DNA from: a phage
DNA length: 64,000 bases
Direction: 5' to 3' (one strand)
Sequence record: PZ386969.1
The translations under genes and the position numbers were made by a program. The notes beneath the pieces were generated by a model that did not search any database, was not told where the DNA came from, and worked only from the letters and a program-made list of their open reading frames with translations. Numbering within the stretch: the first letter of the stretch is position 1; every line of letters starts with the position of its first letter. Positions 10,382 to 19,972 of this stretch are shown piece after piece.

Positions 10382-11804
10382 TTCCCTTCTCCAACAGGAA
10401 TGCAATGTTTTCGATGTATGCTTTCTGTATCGCATAGACTTCATCCAGTGTGTTGGCCACTTTCTTGTCAATGCGGACTTCTACAAGGCGAGGTAGGAAC
10501 AAAGACTTCATCGCATCATCTGTCTTATCCTGTACGCCATTGGAGAGCACTGCGGCGATCTTGCCAATGTAGTCGCCCTGGTTCTCCCACATATGGCGTC
10601 TCAGCTCATCTGAGATCCCTGATACGCCAACAACAAGCAGGCTGTCGGAAGTTTTACAAATCAGTGAGCCAAAAGTCTTGGCGTGTTTACCCTTCTTGTC
10701 AGCCTCGTTGAAGCCCACAATTTCAAGGTCACACTCAACCTCCATCTTCAGCTTCAGACCTTCAGAAGAAGTCCCATCTTCCCAAGGCATGTCGGCGGCC
10801 TTACATATCGTGCCTTCTTCTTTGCGAGCCAGCGCGTCTTTGAAGTGGTCGACGGCTTCGGCAAATGAGTGAACAACATGAGTTTCCTGAACCTGAACCA
10901 GACCGTCGTCTTCATCAAACAGTTGCTGGATAATATCGAAGCGGCGCTCATACGGGGTGTCCACGCGCTGGGCGTTGAACCAGTTGTCGTACGGGATAAC
11001 ATCCCACACCCGGTAGATCACCCGATAACGATCTTCTAGGGGTTCTCCTGTCTGAATCACGCTGTTGAGTTTACCGTTACCGACAGCACGAGGCAGGATG
11101 GTATTCGACTTGAGGTCAACAACGAGAAGTTCACCATGGAACACACTCTCACCAATCCCCGCATCGTAGATCAGGTCTTTGAACACCAGTGAAAGGTTAT
11201 CAACCGAACCACCTGCGATAAGGGAACCGGAGCGAGAGCGAATCTCAGGCTCTTTATTGTACCGACATATGATGTTGGCGAACATACCGTCTGACTTCAG
11301 CTGGCTGTAGACGCCGCGCTTGAAGTCCATCTTCTTCAGCAGGTCAATCGTCATGTTGTCATAACGATGATATGGAAGGATGTTGATCAGGCGTCCAGTG
11401 CCTCCGGCGGCGTTGAATGCAGCGTTGATGCCCTTCTCAGCGATACCCGCCTTGATATCACGGTCTAGGATCATCTGAATGAGTTCGTGGTATTGGGGAT
11501 CCATCTTCAGGGCGACAGAGGCCAACAGGGCATCAGCCTTTTGGCCACCGACAAGGCGCTGCGCCATCTGGTCGAGGACGTCATAGACTTCGCTGATGTC
11601 ATCAGTCTTCTCACGGACGAGCATGCGAGGATACGCGCTGAGCTTCAACTCAGTCCGATAGAACGACATCATTGGGTCATAGACATACTGCAGGAAGTCT
11701 GCCAAGTCTGGGTTGTTCTTGAATGCTTCGGTCAGCACGGCTTTCTTCGCATTGCTGCCTTTGGTTTCGCGAAGTCGGTGGACTGTTTCAAGGATAGGGA
11801 TCAT
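10374..11804 (-). CDS. ATP-dependent DNA ligase
   Basis: Adenylation motif I KxDG (LKSDGMF); 476 aa close to T4 gp30; GGAG RBS. Confidence 0.8.
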   Translation of the reverse strand: MIPILETVHRLRETKGSNAKKAVLTEAFKNNPDLADFLQYVYDPMMSFYRTELKLSAYPRMLVREKTDDISEVYDVLDQMAQRLVGGQKADALLASVALKMDPQYHELIQMILDRDIKAGIAEKGINAAFNAAGGTGRLINILPYHRYDNMTIDLLKKMDFKRGVYSQLKSDGMFANIICRYNKEPEIRSRSGSLIAGGSVDNLSLVFKDLIYDAGIGESVFHGELLVVDLKSNTILPRAVGNGKLNSVIQTGEPLEDRYRVIYRVWDVIPYDNWFNAQRVDTPYERRFDIIQQLFDEDDGLVQVQETHVVHSFAEAVDHFKDALARKEEGTICKAADMPWEDGTSSEGLKLKMEVECDLEIVGFNEADKKGKHAKTFGSLICKTSDSLLVVGVSGISDELRRHMWENQGDYIGKIAAVLSNGVQDKTDDAMKSLFLPRLVEVRIDKKVANTLDEVYAIQKAYIENIAFLLEKGNG

Positions 11805-11918
11805 GTGGTGTCTCCAGGGTTATATGTGCTGCTATTATAACCCTGGGGACTTCAATAGATTATTGGCGGGTACGGGATCTTGCTTGGCTGATAATGACCG
11901 CAAATGTTTCTGTATCCA

Positions 11919-12452
11919 TCATGAACCCTCCGCCCAGACAAAGCCGTATTTGTTCAGTAGATCCACGGTTTCACCACGAGCGCGAGCCACGATAGATTCT
12001 ACTGATTCTTCCACCTCGAGTGGTGGGCAACCAGCCTTTTCGTACGTGTTAAGCAAGAGAGCAAGTTCTTTTACAAACTCTTCTTGTTCCTCTCCTCCAA
12101 AGAACCACATCCGCAGATCGTCGCGTTCCCCGTGCTTGTTCAGGGAAGCCATATTCACGTACACGTAATCAGTTTTCTGAACAACGCCGTTTATCTCCGG
12201 CCATCGCAACCCAGCCATCGCATAATTGAAGAATTCCGAAGGGGTGACTTCATCCGACAAATAATACAAACGGAAGTCACCGCTGGGGCCATGTTTGCAA
12301 GTTCTATCCAGCATTATTTTGTGGATGTCAATACGGTCTCGCTTCAAGACTTCCCGTTTCTTCAGTCGACCTCTCAGCCAGGCACTGCCAATACACAAAA
12401 GAACGAAAGCAGTAGCACCAGTGAGTATGTTGAAAGAATCAATAATGTTCAT
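11919..12452 (-). CDS. membrane-anchored protein (hypothetical)
   Basis: ORF 11919..12479; upstream ATG lies inside a perfect hairpin, so start moved to ATG (MNIIDSF) with GGGGA RBS; N-terminal TM helix ILTGATAFVLLCIGSAWL. Confidence 0.4.
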   Translation of the reverse strand: MNIIDSFNILTGATAFVLLCIGSAWLRGRLKKREVLKRDRIDIHKIMLDRTCKHGPSGDFRLYYLSDEVTPSEFFNYAMAGLRWPEINGVVQKTDYVYVNMASLNKHGERDDLRMWFFGGEEQEEFVKELALLLNTYEKAGCPPLEVEESVESIVARARGETVDLLNKYGFVWAEGS

Positions 12453-12493
12453 AAGATCCCCGAAGTGATAGAGGGGCATAAGCCCCTCTGATG

Positions 12494-13102
12494 TTATTTG
12501 CTCAGGCTGGCGAGGTAGTTGTCGGCTTCGATAGACGACGGGCTGTTGGCGGAGTAGCTCGAATCAGCGATTTCGGTTTCGCGCAGGATGGCATCGATAT
12601 CGATGGTGGTCATACCAGCGGCATAATCGATATCTTCAGGGAGCACCAGACCCAGGTCGTTCGTCTCTTTCTGAACACGAACCAGCTCGAGATTGGACTT
12701 GACTTCGTCCAGTTTGTCACCCAGCTGGATGATCGCACCGTTCAGTTTGTCGCTGCTTGCTTCGATGTCCTTCACCTGAGCCAACAGGGCTTCACCGATA
12801 CGGCGGCGATGCAGAATAATCAGGGCGTCGGCGCGGGTTGGTGTGACACCACGAGCGATGGCGTCCTTCAGAACTTCTTCGCGCTTGGCGGCTTCACTTA
12901 GGTTCTGTTCTGCGGTCTTCTTCAGCTTGACGCCGTTGCGGACGTTGGTGACACGGGCTTCCTCCAGGCGACGGATTTCGTCAGACAGCTTGCGAGCAGC
13001 CAGGTTCAGGCGCTTTTCGGTGTCGGTCAGTTTATCCAGACCTGCGGTGACGTTAGCTTCAACAGTGGTGAAGATGCGTTTCAGTAAGTTTTTCAGTGAC
13101 AT
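12494..13102 (-). CDS. PspA/IM30 (phage-shock protein A)-like protein
   Basis: 202 aa all-helical; N-terminal pattern MSLKNLLKRIFTTVEANVTAGLDKLTDTEKRLNLAARKL parallels E. coli PspA N-terminus; GAGGA RBS. Confidence 0.45.
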   Translation of the reverse strand: MSLKNLLKRIFTTVEANVTAGLDKLTDTEKRLNLAARKLSDEIRRLEEARVTNVRNGVKLKKTAEQNLSEAAKREEVLKDAIARGVTPTRADALIILHRRRIGEALLAQVKDIEASSDKLNGAIIQLGDKLDEVKSNLELVRVQKETNDLGLVLPEDIDYAAGMTTIDIDAILRETEIADSSYSANSPSSIEADNYLASLSK

Positions 13103-13119
13103 CAGTGTGTAGTCCTCAG

Positions 13120-13461
13120 TTATTTCTTCGGGGGTTCAATTGAGGTGAAAGAATCCTTCCAACTCTTGAATTTTTCAACCAGGGCTTCTTTACCCAGCTT
13201 GTCATTTGACACGCTGTGAATATAGGCGAATGCTCCATAGCCGGATCCTGGCATAGCCTTGCAGATGCGCAGACTGACCAAAGAATCTCCTACGGAAACA
13301 AGATAGTGGTCACGACGATTGTTCAGGGCATAGTGGTTGTCGTGAAACTTGTCAACAATAACACAGTTCTGAGGTTCGACGTCAATCGGTAGCCCGTTGG
13401 CTTCGGATCCACCGCGCCCAAGCACGCAGCCTGGGAATAATGTTTCTACGAGTGTAGTCAT
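13120..13461 (-). CDS. hypothetical protein
   Basis: 113-aa ORF with AGGAA RBS; a TATAAT -10-like box lies upstream. Confidence 0.4.
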   Translation of the reverse strand: MTTLVETLFPGCVLGRGGSEANGLPIDVEPQNCVIVDKFHDNHYALNNRRDHYLVSVGDSLVSLRICKAMPGSGYGAFAYIHSVSNDKLGKEALVEKFKSWKDSFTSIEPPKK

Positions 13462-13691
13462 GGTCTGTTCCTTCTGTAAGTTCCCATGTATTATATGGGT
13501 GAATAGTTTATTGAATTATTTGTTATGAAACCCAGAGCCTTGTGGACTTCTTCACGATTTTAATTTCGGCCTGAGCCTTTGTGCGATTAATCCGGCGCTC
13601 GCCATTCCATTTCAACATCGATCGCATCTATCAGACAACGGATTTCGGTGCTCAGGGGCTTGCCAACAGCCAGTTGAAATACTTGCGCATG

Positions 13692-13904
13692 TCACTTCCT
13701 CATCAATGAGAGTAGGTTGACCGTAGCCGGACGCGCATCAGGAGCGTAGAAGACGTCCTGAGAGTGCCTCTTACAGCACGGGCAATCCTTCGTGGCGATT
13801 ACACAGGGAGCCTTGTCCACGGCAAATCCAGCGGCTTCGGCTTCCTTCACAGTGGTGAATGGCAGGTAAGCACTTGTGCCCTGCCCTCCGCATGAACATT
13901 CCAT
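13692..13904 (-). CDS. small Cys-rich protein (putative zinc-binding)
   Basis: ORF track start is TTG; ATG one codon in; CSCGG...CPCCKRH cysteine cluster. Confidence 0.35.
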   Translation of the reverse strand: MECSCGGQGTSAYLPFTTVKEAEAAGFAVDKAPCVIATKDCPCCKRHSQDVFYAPDARPATVNLLSLMRK

Positions 13905-14020
13905 CAACGTTTCCTCTTAAAGGGGATGACCAGGGCTATGATGAGAAGCATAGCTGTAATCATCCCACATGCTATCAGACCGAAGGCGAACGACTTCAGA
14001 ACAAACTCAATCAAATTCAT
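13904..14020 (-). CDS. 38-aa hydrophobic peptide (not in ORF track)
   Basis: ATG overlapping the stop of the upstream gene (ATGA), GAGGAAG RBS; translation MNLIEFVLKSFAFGLIACGMITAMLLIIALVIPFKRKR; stop overlaps next start. Confidence 0.3.
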   Translation of the reverse strand: MNLIEFVLKSFAFGLIACGMITAMLLIIALVIPFKRKR

Positions 14021-15222
14021 AACTTCCTCAATTTAGCTCTGGTGACCTGAGTTTGTTTAACGCCGTTGTACTCAGTCAGTTCTTTAACACGACCACGGAT
14101 GATCATATCACCCTGCAAGAACTCTGTATCCATATAAGAGGTCTTCCAGGTAATTGTATTGCCTTCTGCTGTTTTGAAAGTAAACAGGTAGCTATCACCA
14201 TATTCATTGGAGAAGAGGAAGGTGCGCTTGTCGAACCTGACTTGCACTTCCAGCATTTCACCGACTTCACCCACCCATTTGTTCTCCGCCTTGCGGTCAG
14301 TACGAGGACGATGGATGTAATCGTAATACTTCTTGGCACCCCAGCGGACTGTGTTGTTATCCTTGATGAGGTGATAGCCGGGTTCACACATGCGTTTCAG
14401 GCGAACATTGAACTCATTAGATTCGGACAGCGCACTGATGAAAAGCTTCATATGGTACATTTCCGACTCGGCATCTTCACGGTATTCGTGTGCCTTGTTT
14501 ACGAAATACTCTTCATCGGAACCTGCTTTTGGTTTCTGATGAGACCGGACATAGCCCAGTACTTTGTCAAACAGTTCAGACTTGATATCCACGCCTGCTA
14601 GCATCACCTGGAAGCATGCGCGCAGGAAACTGTGGGTGTCGACGAAGCGCTCATTTTGGACGCGATATATACCCTCTGGGTCGTCCTCGTCTGGCATGAA
14701 GAACTCTTGGATTTCCAGATAGTAAGACATAATCGCGTCAAGGGACTTCTGATGAGGCACATAATGATGCATACAGGTGCTACCAATCAGCATCTGGGTA
14801 TGCGTTTCCTCATTTTCAATCACATACGTGTTCTTGCGACGGATGACTAGATTGCAATGCTGACACCAAGAGACGTTCTCTGTCTCGAAGTGACGGATGA
14901 AGTCAGGATTGATGTTGTCGGACAGGCGGTTAAGAATAACCTTTGGATATTCGTGATTGAACTGACCGATGATCTTCCAGCCACCATAAGAGACGGGGCG
15001 GTCAATGCCTTCGCCTTCGAGAGTAACAGGTTTCCACCAGTGAGTAAGGATCTCACCAGTGAAGTCGCGGGTGTGGGTTTTGAAGGGTTCACCATAAGTC
15101 ACAGTCGGAAACGGAACACCCAACCTTTCGGCAGTGCGCTCGAGCTTCTTCAGTCGCTCAACTACCAACCCTTCATTGTCGATCGGAATATTGAATGTTT
15201 TGACGTTCATTTCCAGCCTCAT
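14017..15222 (-). CDS. hypothetical protein with Cys/His cluster
   Basis: ORF track start is TTG; start moved to ATG (MRLEMNV); WCQHCN...CMHH motif; about 402 aa. Confidence 0.45.
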   Translation of the reverse strand: MRLEMNVKTFNIPIDNEGLVVERLKKLERTAERLGVPFPTVTYGEPFKTHTRDFTGEILTHWWKPVTLEGEGIDRPVSYGGWKIIGQFNHEYPKVILNRLSDNINPDFIRHFETENVSWCQHCNLVIRRKNTYVIENEETHTQMLIGSTCMHHYVPHQKSLDAIMSYYLEIQEFFMPDEDDPEGIYRVQNERFVDTHSFLRACFQVMLAGVDIKSELFDKVLGYVRSHQKPKAGSDEEYFVNKAHEYREDAESEMYHMKLFISALSESNEFNVRLKRMCEPGYHLIKDNNTVRWGAKKYYDYIHRPRTDRKAENKWVGEVGEMLEVQVRFDKRTFLFSNEYGDSYLFTFKTAEGNTITWKTSYMDTEFLQGDMIIRGRVKELTEYNGVKQTQVTRAKLRKL

Positions 15223-15253
15223 GATGTAGTTGTAACTCTTCAATACAGATTAA

Positions 15254-15282
15254 ATATTAGGCGATTATTTCTTGAAAGTAAA
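15254..15282 (-). promoter_or_regulatory. early promoter C (-35 TTTACT, 17-nt spacer, -10 TAATAT)
   Basis: Minus strand ACTTTACTTTCAAGAAATAATCGCCTAATATTT upstream of the gene starting at 15222. Confidence 0.45.
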
Positions 15283-15292
15283 GTTATTGAAG

Positions 15293-15320
15293 TTAAAAAG
15301 CCCAGTACTTGACTGGGCTT
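15293..15320 (-). terminator. intrinsic terminator
   Basis: Minus strand AAGCCCAGTCAAGTACTGGGCTTTTTAA. Confidence 0.6.
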
Positions 15321-15337
15321 CTTGGTGTTCTATTGAC

Positions 15338-15652
15338 TTATTCGCCACTGGCATTCGGATCTCGATCGGGCTTGGCGTTCGGGAATAGAGACTCGTACAA
15401 GTCTTGATATTTCTCGCTCGTTTCGATCGTCTTATGGTAAGTTCCATTGGCGCGGTCGGATACAACCTTGCGCAGGTCGCTGGCCTTGATGCCCGTCTCT
15501 TTCGCCAGCTCGGCCAGAGTCTCAGTAATGAAAGTCTGTTCCGACTTGATGCGGACCTGGGCGGCACGACAGTTTTCAATCGCACCTATCAGCTTGCGAC
15601 GGGATTCAGGATCAGAAGGTAGTACATAAAAACCGATTTGTTCTACAGACAT
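15338..15652 (-). CDS. hypothetical protein
   Basis: 104-aa ORF with GAGGAA RBS, followed by an intrinsic terminator. Confidence 0.45.
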   Translation of the reverse strand: MSVEQIGFYVLPSDPESRRKLIGAIENCRAAQVRIKSEQTFITETLAELAKETGIKASDLRKVVSDRANGTYHKTIETSEKYQDLYESLFPNAKPDRDPNASGE

Positions 15653-15667
15653 TTGGTGTTCCTCTTG

Positions 15668-16003
15668 TTAGGATCTCATACCTTGTGGGATCAGATTAGT
15701 CCCGCAACGGCGTAAAAAGAAGTTTACGATGGAGTGATACTGGAACTTCGGGATGATCTCTACACCATCTTCCGTCGTATACCATTCCACTGTGTTAGTG
15801 CGCACTGGAAGGGGGAATGACGGCAGATCCAGCTGTACGAGTTCACCCTCTTGGCATATCATACCAATTCCATATTCCTCCCAGATTTTACGATTGTTGA
15901 AGAACTCCAGAGTCTGCTCCGGACTCAGCTCAATCGCTTGTTTGGTGTGGCACACCTGTTTGGCGGCCTGCACCAGGCCAGCCATAAAATCATTGTGTGA
16001 CAT
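15668..16003 (-). CDS. hypothetical protein
   Basis: 111-aa ORF with AGGAG RBS. Confidence 0.45.
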   Translation of the reverse strand: MSHNDFMAGLVQAAKQVCHTKQAIELSPEQTLEFFNNRKIWEEYGIGMICQEGELVQLDLPSFPLPVRTNTVEWYTTEDGVEIIPKFQYHSIVNFFLRRCGTNLIPQGMRS

Positions 16004-16067
16004 GATGTGCTCCTGGTTTACATTCAGATCATAGAATTATACCCTATGACCCGCTTTATTGAATTGC

Positions 16068-17492
16068 CTAGAATTTCCAATTATTGACTGTTTGGGCTTT
16101 CTGCTCATCGCTGGCAGCAGCCCCGGACTTGTTGAGGTCATGTTTGATGTGTACGTTTTCGACATATTTGGCCTCAGCCTCAGTCAGATCCTTCTTAACT
16201 TCGTTCCAGTCCAGGTCAAACAGGATCTGTTTGTCTTGGTCCATACCAAACAGGAATGACTTCAGCTTCTGCTTGTTGGCATAACGGTTCTTGAGTATTG
16301 AGGCTCGGGCTTTCTTGACCGCCGCCAGTTCGTCAGGAGCATAGAATGCCATGATGAAGTCGGCCACCTTCGGAATACCGATAGCATCTGCCAGATCACT
16401 GATTCCACCATCAGTGCTATTCTGATTCTCACGATTGAACTGCATACCAGTCCATACAGGGACATCAAACTCAAATCCCAGCGCACGAAACTCACGAGCC
16501 ACAGACGTGTAATAGACGTTCGTGTTCTGCATCAGGTGGGAAGGCAGGCGCGAGGAAGCAGCTTCGCCAAGATAGTCAATAACGATAACATCAGGAGCAC
16601 GACCTGTTGCCTGGATGTACTCAAGGATATCGCGGCGGAATAAACCCGTGTGTCCAGTACCAGAAGGATATTCCTTGATGACGATATCACCCTTGGGCGC
16701 ACCATCTTGGCGACTGCGGAGCTTCTCTATCGTTGCAATATACTCGTGCCTTGTGAGTTTCTCTAAAGACTCAAAGTCGCGACGCATGATACGGGCATCA
16801 AGACGGTGTCGCCAGACGTTCTCGGCCACTTCAAGGGTGAAGACAAAGACGTTCAGCCCCTGCTCCGAGTACCCTGCGGTCAGGTCAATCAGCGTTGTGG
16901 TCTTACCTGCGTTGATCGCACCTGTTACGATGTTCAGTGTCTTCTTACCAACGCCACCACGTGTCGCCTTATTGAAGATCTCAACTGCGAACGGGATCTT
17001 GGCCTCGTTGGAGTTCATGTGGTCATACTGCTCTGCCGCCATCTCCCAATAGATGTGGCCGAGGTATGAATCAAACCGGATAGCCAGGGCTTCCTGCAAC
17101 ATGGTCGGGATGTTGTTCATCTCGTCCTTGCGCTTCTCGTCACCGTAGATGTTGACGGCGGTCTTGATTGCGTTGTGTACGGCTTTTTGCCGCGCCCAAG
17201 CCTCGGTTTCCTTCGCCAGCCACTCTTCATTGAAGGTGTTGTCGTTGATGTTCTCCAGGGCAGTCACTGCCTGGTCAAACACATATTCGTTCAACTTTGT
17301 CCGTTCAAGAATGATAGATAGTGCTTCGACAGACGGGCGGGCATTGTACTCTGAGGTATAACTGTCAATCAGGCCAAAGATGACCTTTTCGCCTTCGTTG
17401 TCAAAATAATCGGCTTTCAGGTACGGCAGGATCTTTCTTTGGTAATCTTCATTGTAAATCAACTGTGAAAGCACGACAGATTCGAGTAACAT
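16068..17492 (-). CDS. DnaB-family replicative DNA helicase (T4 gp41-like)
   Basis: 474 aa; Walker A GAINAGKTT; DnaB-like C-terminal RecA fold; size matches T4 gp41 (475 aa). Confidence 0.85.
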   Translation of the reverse strand: MLLESVVLSQLIYNEDYQRKILPYLKADYFDNEGEKVIFGLIDSYTSEYNARPSVEALSIILERTKLNEYVFDQAVTALENINDNTFNEEWLAKETEAWARQKAVHNAIKTAVNIYGDEKRKDEMNNIPTMLQEALAIRFDSYLGHIYWEMAAEQYDHMNSNEAKIPFAVEIFNKATRGGVGKKTLNIVTGAINAGKTTTLIDLTAGYSEQGLNVFVFTLEVAENVWRHRLDARIMRRDFESLEKLTRHEYIATIEKLRSRQDGAPKGDIVIKEYPSGTGHTGLFRRDILEYIQATGRAPDVIVIDYLGEAASSRLPSHLMQNTNVYYTSVAREFRALGFEFDVPVWTGMQFNRENQNSTDGGISDLADAIGIPKVADFIMAFYAPDELAAVKKARASILKNRYANKQKLKSFLFGMDQDKQILFDLDWNEVKKDLTEAEAKYVENVHIKHDLNKSGAAASDEQKAQTVNNWKF

Positions 17493-17498
17493 TGGCCA

Positions 17499-17828
17499 CT
17501 ACCCCACCAAAAATTTATTATATTCCTGAGCATTACGCTGCATGAGGTCTACAAGGATATCCCCTGATACCTCAGTGAACAAGTCATTTTCTTTCAAATT
17601 CACAAACATCAGACGCAATGGTTTCTTCAATATATCAGTCACGAAAGACAGGCGGGGTTCGCCGTCCACTTCGTTAATAGCCACCTTGCCGAACCGGAAT
17701 TGAACACCACGGAATTTGCCAGAAGTGATCTTGATGATCGCCAGCTGATCAGCACCAGGGTCGATGATTGTGTAGTTATTGGGGGAGTCTCCTCCCCCTC
17801 CACTATTATTCGCTTGTGTTAATAACAT
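17499..17828 (-). CDS. hypothetical protein
   Basis: ORF 17499..17879; start tentatively moved to internal ATG (MLLTQANN); overlaps 3' end of the recombinase gene; Gly-rich N-terminus. Confidence 0.3.
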   Translation of the reverse strand: MLLTQANNSGGGGDSPNNYTIIDPGADQLAIIKITSGKFRGVQFRFGKVAINEVDGEPRLSFVTDILKKPLRLMFVNLKENDLFTEVSGDILVDLMQRNAQEYNKFLVG

Positions 17829-18891
17829 GGTCCATTTGCTCCAGCATGTTAGCAGGCATAACAGTACCGTTAGAAACACCGAACATTTTCTTCACGTCAT
17901 CGGCGAAGTTGACATTCTCCAGCAGCGGATACCAGAAATCATCACCCATCTGACGCTTCTGATATTTCTTTTCCTTCTCAGGATCGAAACCGCCCTTGGC
18001 TGTACGCACATACCAGCCGGAAGACGGCATATCAACATAACCCAGAGCACGAGCGATCTCAAGCAGGCCGCTCCAGCGATCAATACCACCGTTGTACAGT
18101 ACCGTGACAGGGAGCTTGGCTTTTTCTTTGACATGGCGGCCTTTCATGATGCTTATGTTGAAGTTCCAGCCCAGCAGATCTTTGTCTTCCTTCACCTGAG
18201 AACGGGTGATAAACCAGATCAAGTTGGAGGATAAGAAGCCCTGTTTGCCGCCTTTGATGTTAGGCTCGGCATATTGGTTGCCGATCTCATCGTAATAGGA
18301 GTTGATCCAAACACACACGAGATTTTTGCTGTTGATTTCGGGAGTCATGACACGCCAGAAGCTGTTGAGGGCACGGGCGCGGGTCATGTCTTGAGTGTCG
18401 TTCCCTTTGATCGCATCTTCAACTTCCTTGGTGGAGGGAAGTTGGCTGATAGAGTCGATGAAGATTATAACATGGTCGCCTTTCTTGACTTCCTGTAGGA
18501 TCTGTAGCAATCGGATCTTGGTCTGTTCAACGTTGTCGATCGGTACGTACAGGACGCGATCCATGTCAATGCCCATAGAGGTCCAGTAATCAGCGTTGGC
18601 ACCCTTTTCTGAGTCCGCAAAGACGCAGATAGCATCAGGGAACTTGTCCATGTACGCCTTGACGTCCACCAGACCGAACATCGTTTTGAAGGTACGGGAA
18701 TCACCCACCATCATCTTGATACCGGAGATCAGGCCGCCGTCAATACGCCCAGACCATGCGATGTCGATCAGGGGAATACCAGTAGAACAGATGATAGACG
18801 GTTCCAGAGCGTCTGATTGGGACAGCACTGAAGCCTGGTCATCGTGTTTCTTAGCAACCTTCAGCATGCGGTCCATTAATGAACTGGCCAT
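17806..18891 (-). CDS. uvsX: RecA-like recombinase (UvsX-like)
   Basis: 361 aa; RecA core with Walker A-like GDSRTFKT; AAGAGGAAG RBS. Confidence 0.8.
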   Translation of the reverse strand: MASSLMDRMLKVAKKHDDQASVLSQSDALEPSIICSTGIPLIDIAWSGRIDGGLISGIKMMVGDSRTFKTMFGLVDVKAYMDKFPDAICVFADSEKGANADYWTSMGIDMDRVLYVPIDNVEQTKIRLLQILQEVKKGDHVIIFIDSISQLPSTKEVEDAIKGNDTQDMTRARALNSFWRVMTPEINSKNLVCVWINSYYDEIGNQYAEPNIKGGKQGFLSSNLIWFITRSQVKEDKDLLGWNFNISIMKGRHVKEKAKLPVTVLYNGGIDRWSGLLEIARALGYVDMPSSGWYVRTAKGGFDPEKEKKYQKRQMGDDFWYPLLENVNFADDVKKMFGVSNGTVMPANMLEQMDHVINTSE

Positions 18892-19418
18892 TTCACTTCC
18901 TCTTTGTTGTTAATCGTCGTTAGTAAGTCTACACCCATAACCTTCTGGGACAAAATGTTAACCGCCTCTTGGATGCTCTTCAGGGACATTATCTCAACAA
19001 GTGACGATGCGTCATTATGCCGGTCGGTTAGGTACATATTGCGCAGATTGTTGTAGTTCGTGCGGTTGATGCACGCAGTGTTCAGTGCTATATTCAGGAT
19101 ATACATCATCTGTTCAATGGTTATATCCTTTGGCATAGCGTGGATGTAATAGATCGATCCTTCAAAATAGACGTCTACCAGTTCATCTGGTATCTTGATA
19201 CCACCACTGGCATACTCTTCGATCATTCTGAACAGAGACTCTGGTTGCTCGCTGGCGATCTTATGCGTAACAGTCGCCGAAAGACCGTCGCCCGGTTTAA
19301 CAGGCCTGTTGTATTCAGTAAGGAATACATTATGGCCGCCGCCGATGATGTGCTCGGCGAATTTGGAGGATGCCTGAGCAGCGTTCTCCGCATGGTATGA
19401 AACGACGACTGTAAACAT
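18876..19418 (-). CDS. hypothetical protein
   Basis: 180-aa ORF, last gene of the nucleotide operon, overlapping the recombinase start. Confidence 0.4.
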   Translation of the reverse strand: MFTVVVSYHAENAAQASSKFAEHIIGGGHNVFLTEYNRPVKPGDGLSATVTHKIASEQPESLFRMIEEYASGGIKIPDELVDVYFEGSIYYIHAMPKDITIEQMMYILNIALNTACINRTNYNNLRNMYLTDRHNDASSLVEIMSLKSIQEAVNILSQKVMGVDLLTTINNKEEVKWPVH

Positions 19419-19972
19419 TAGAACTCCAGGGTCAGAGGGGTTTCTGCGGACTTGTCGTAATCCGCGCCACCAGAAGCACGCAGACGATTGCGATCGTTCT
19501 TGCGTTTGTGCGCCAGCATGTAAGTCTCAATGTCGATCTCCATATAAGAACACGCAGACGACAGGAAGAACATGAGAGTCTCAACGCAAGGATCGTTCAT
19601 GAATTGCCCAAGGCGGTACGTAACATTGCGATGCCCTACAACACCCAAAGCAGATGGGGTGAATTCGCGATTACTGAGGACTTCAAATTCTTCTTCGATC
19701 TCACCTTTGGTTCGGTCCACAAGGATGAAGCACAACATGAAGTGTACCACGTCCACCAGTTCATAAACTGCGTTCGTATGGTCAAACCCGATGTCGTTGC
19801 CATAGACCTTCCAGTCACGGGTGGTTTCATCAAGGAACTCTGCCCACTCACGATAGATGGAGTTGATGACTGCGTTCTGACTCCATACATTCTTCCACTC
19901 TTCCCCAAAATAGGCCACGTTGGTGACCTTTTGGAGTTCGAGCAGGCTTTTGATATGTCCTGCTGTGATCAT
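19418..19972 (-). CDS. all-alpha NTP pyrophosphatase (dimeric dUTPase/MazG-like)
   Basis: Acidic helical motifs (EEWKNVW, EFLDETTRDW, ELVDVVHF) resembling dimeric dUTPase-like pyrophosphatases; ATGA coupling to the upstream kinase. Confidence 0.45.
   Translation of the reverse strand: MITAGHIKSLLELQKVTNVAYFGEEWKNVWSQNAVINSIYREWAEFLDETTRDWKVYGNDIGFDHTNAVYELVDVVHFMLCFILVDRTKGEIEEEFEVLSNREFTPSALGVVGHRNVTYRLGQFMNDPCVETLMFFLSSACSYMEIDIETYMLAHKRKNDRNRLRASGGADYDKSAETPLTLEF

Noticed and set aside
13462-13691. Possible small ORF or tRNA in the 230-nt gap
   Set aside because: Only short ORFs without an RBS and no tRNA-like motifs; treated as promoter/leader region
14053-14601. Plus-strand ORFs antisense within minus-strand genes (this one and similar at 20526..20927, 59271..59711, 47048..47377)
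   Set aside because: All lie inside longer opposite-strand genes with domain support or operon context
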